Source: Magnetovibrio sp.
GTDB taxonomy: Bacteria > Pseudomonadota > Alphaproteobacteria > Rhodospirillales > Casp-alpha2
Length of the DNA stretch: 64,000 nucleotides
Direction: 5' to 3'
NCBI GenBank assembly: GCA_002709525.1
Contig: PARE01000027.1
Location: 9,403-73,402, forward strand
Below, in pieces: positions 63,921 to 64,000 of the stretch. Numbering within the stretch: position 1 is the stretch's first letter; every line of letters begins with the position of its first letter. A model generated the notes under the pieces. The model saw only the letters and a program-made list of their open reading frames with translations. It did not search any database and was not told the DNA's origin. The position numbers and the translations under genes were made by a program.

Positions 63921-64000
63921 GCACTCTTCGGTAACCTTGACGCAAGCGCCGGCCCGAATGGCTGCGATTTGCCCCGCGCCAAAGCGAGTGGAGGTGATGT

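Noticed and set aside
1-64000. By-eye scan of the whole window for CRISPR repeats, tRNA/rRNA, IS elements/transposases, integrases, toxin-antitoxin pairs or defence-system genes.
   Set aside because: No direct-repeat arrays, no tRNA-like cloverleaf candidates in the short intergenic regions, and no transposase, integrase or nuclease-like ORFs. Every long ORF is explained by glycan biosynthesis or by purH. This was a manual scan, so a computational repeat/tRNA search (tRNAscan-SE, CRISPR finder) should confirm it.

Overview
The window is almost entirely coding. I support about 55 CDS and 2 pseudogenes. I saw no rRNA, tRNA, CRISPR array, transposase or large repeat. The only clear housekeeping gene is purH (10393-11967), and next to it lies a decayed PNPOx-family gene remnant. 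Nearly everything else belongs to one very large surface-glycan (LPS O-antigen or capsule-like) biosynthesis locus. From purH to the right window edge (about 54 kb, about 45 genes) every supported gene is on the minus strand, gaps are tiny, and many start/stop codons overlap. The left 10 kb holds a second, mostly plus-strand glycan sub-locus.

Recognisable modules:
- GDP-mannose: manC, gmd and an atypical gmd paralogue.
- UDP-HexNAc: WbpM/CapD-like dehydratase, WbpL/WecA-like initiating transferase, WbuB-like GT4 and WbpO-like dehydrogenase.
- CDP-hexose: rfbF, rfbG, an epimerase and an atypical SDR.
- An arn-like lipid-carrier decoration module: two ArnC-like GT2 genes (one killed by a single amber codon), a UXS-like decarboxylase, a CE4 enzyme and a GT-C membrane transferase.
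- A Kdo-like CMP-ulosonic acid module that has an HpcH-family aldolase and no KdsA.
- An sps/pse/leg-like nonulosonic acid module with many tailoring enzymes: aminotransferase, GNAT, formyltransferase, CE4, and a WbpG-like amidotransferase paired with an amidase-signature enzyme.
- A B12-radical-SAM enzyme translationally coupled to an MsbA/PglK-like ABC exporter.
- Two carbamoyltransferases and two FemAB-like acyltransferases.
- Five large orphan proteins, including a tandem paralogue pair, that I could not assign to a named family. They look like GT-B-type (possibly CMP-ulosonic-acid) transferases.

All functional calls rest on motif recognition in the supplied translations. No database search was run. 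By eye the gene style looks alphaproteobacterial, but I cannot verify that.
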